64,000 bases of DNA, from positions 1 through 64,000 of the forward strand of contig JAQGDQ010000140.1 in the NCBI GenBank assembly GCA_030141605.1, in the 5' to 3' direction. Below the pieces are notes generated by a model, which saw nothing but the letters and a program-made list of their open reading frames with translations, searched no databases and was not told where the DNA came from. This stretch comes from Tubiluchus corallicola. Taxonomy: Eukaryota > Animalia > Priapulida. Shown piece after piece: positions 62,841-64,000 of the stretch. How positions within the stretch are numbered: position 1 is the stretch's first letter; each line of letters starts with the position of its first letter. The translations under genes and the position numbers were made by a program.

Positions 62841-64000
62841 CTGAAATTAAAATAGAAAAATTAATTAACCTTCATATTAGAACAAAACACAGAACAGCAG
62901 TGGTAACCATTCATCACAGAGGCACCAATAGAGCTCTCCTAAGCGCATTGTATGAAGGGGGCCACTTAGAAGCTTTGTCACACCACCACCGCCGCCGCCG
63001 CCAGGTTGTAACTCTCTGGTTGTAATTACTCTGGTTGTAAAACACAGGACGAGTCTTACAATATTCTGCAGGTACCTTATAATTACAACATTTACATAAC
63101 AAGTTAAAGGACAAGAAAAGGGGTACTTCAAGTAGGTTTCAGAAAAATCGCCTTAAAAACTCATACTACTTTACATCAATTTTATGCACATATCGCATTC
63201 GTGTTGAAAGGATTTTTTTATTTTCATTTTGAATTTCCCGCAATTCTGTTCCAATGACATCATTACACGACTACGTCACTACGCCGAGTAAATCAGGGGA
63301 AGAAAACGTAATGTTAAATTATGATCAAAAAACTTTCCATGCAAATCTATATTACTTAGCATTTCACTTACCTGCTGGAAGACTTATGTAACTAGACTAA
63401 TAATTTAAAATGTTTTCACCAATTGGTAAATGTCGCTGACTCACCCTCCAGGGTGCGCCACTCACTAGCCAAAAACGTATTTTTAATCTTATTCACAAGA
63501 TACAGTAATTTAAAATTTTACTTAATTAGCAACATGTATGCTACGGATGCTCTGATTATTTTTTCAAACTTTACTTAATGTTATCAAAACTTGTTTCAAA
63601 CAACCTACGATTAAAATGGCTACGCCTAACGGTCATCACGGGAGTTTAAATTTACACGTTTTATACAGCGTTTCGGCCGATTCAAACCATGTATACGAAA
63701 AGGCAGTACGTAGATGGTATAAAATGGCGAGACAAATTTTTTAAGCTTTATGTAAGTGGAGGGTTTTCTTGTACTTTAATATTTAAAAAATGCTAGCATA
63801 CTAACCGCCTCTGTTTGTGTCGTGTATGTTACACTGAAAATGAAAATAAAAAATGTTAAAGGACACAATTCACGATGCATCATAAGTTGACTTTACAAAA
63901 CAGGATATAACTAAACAGGCATTTCAAAAAAATGTTTTAACGGTGTTCTTATAATTATGAACATTGGTTGACTTCTAAAAATGTTTTGCAGACGAACTGT

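Noticed and set aside
63360-63400. Strong cag|gtaagt donor at ~63371 as a further exon
   Set aside because: Lies in a dispersed repeat (related copy ~52430); no convincing acceptor or paralogous peptide

Overview
AT-rich eukaryotic (most likely invertebrate animal) genomic DNA. No prokaryotic features. By hand I could splice 52 GT-AG exons on the minus strand (62840 down to 766) into one uninterrupted reading frame of 5864 nt (~1954 aa). It is open at both window edges, so the whole window lies inside one large gene. The protein is an array of 18 widely spaced C2H2 zinc fingers, mostly matrin/U1-C/JAZ-like (H-x5-H, e.g. HLEGAKH, HLKGIKH). Each finger is built from a Cys exon, a His exon and a linker exon with invariant intron phases 0-2-2-0. 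One His exon is extended by a 2.2-kb low-complexity region with an RS/RE-rich part. The introns hold two 5S-rRNA-headed SINEs, tRNA-headed SINEs, hAT- and pogo-type MITEs, LINE fragments, fold-back palindromes with degenerate hammerhead-like motifs, and many mini/microsatellites. All exon calls are manual translations without RNA support.
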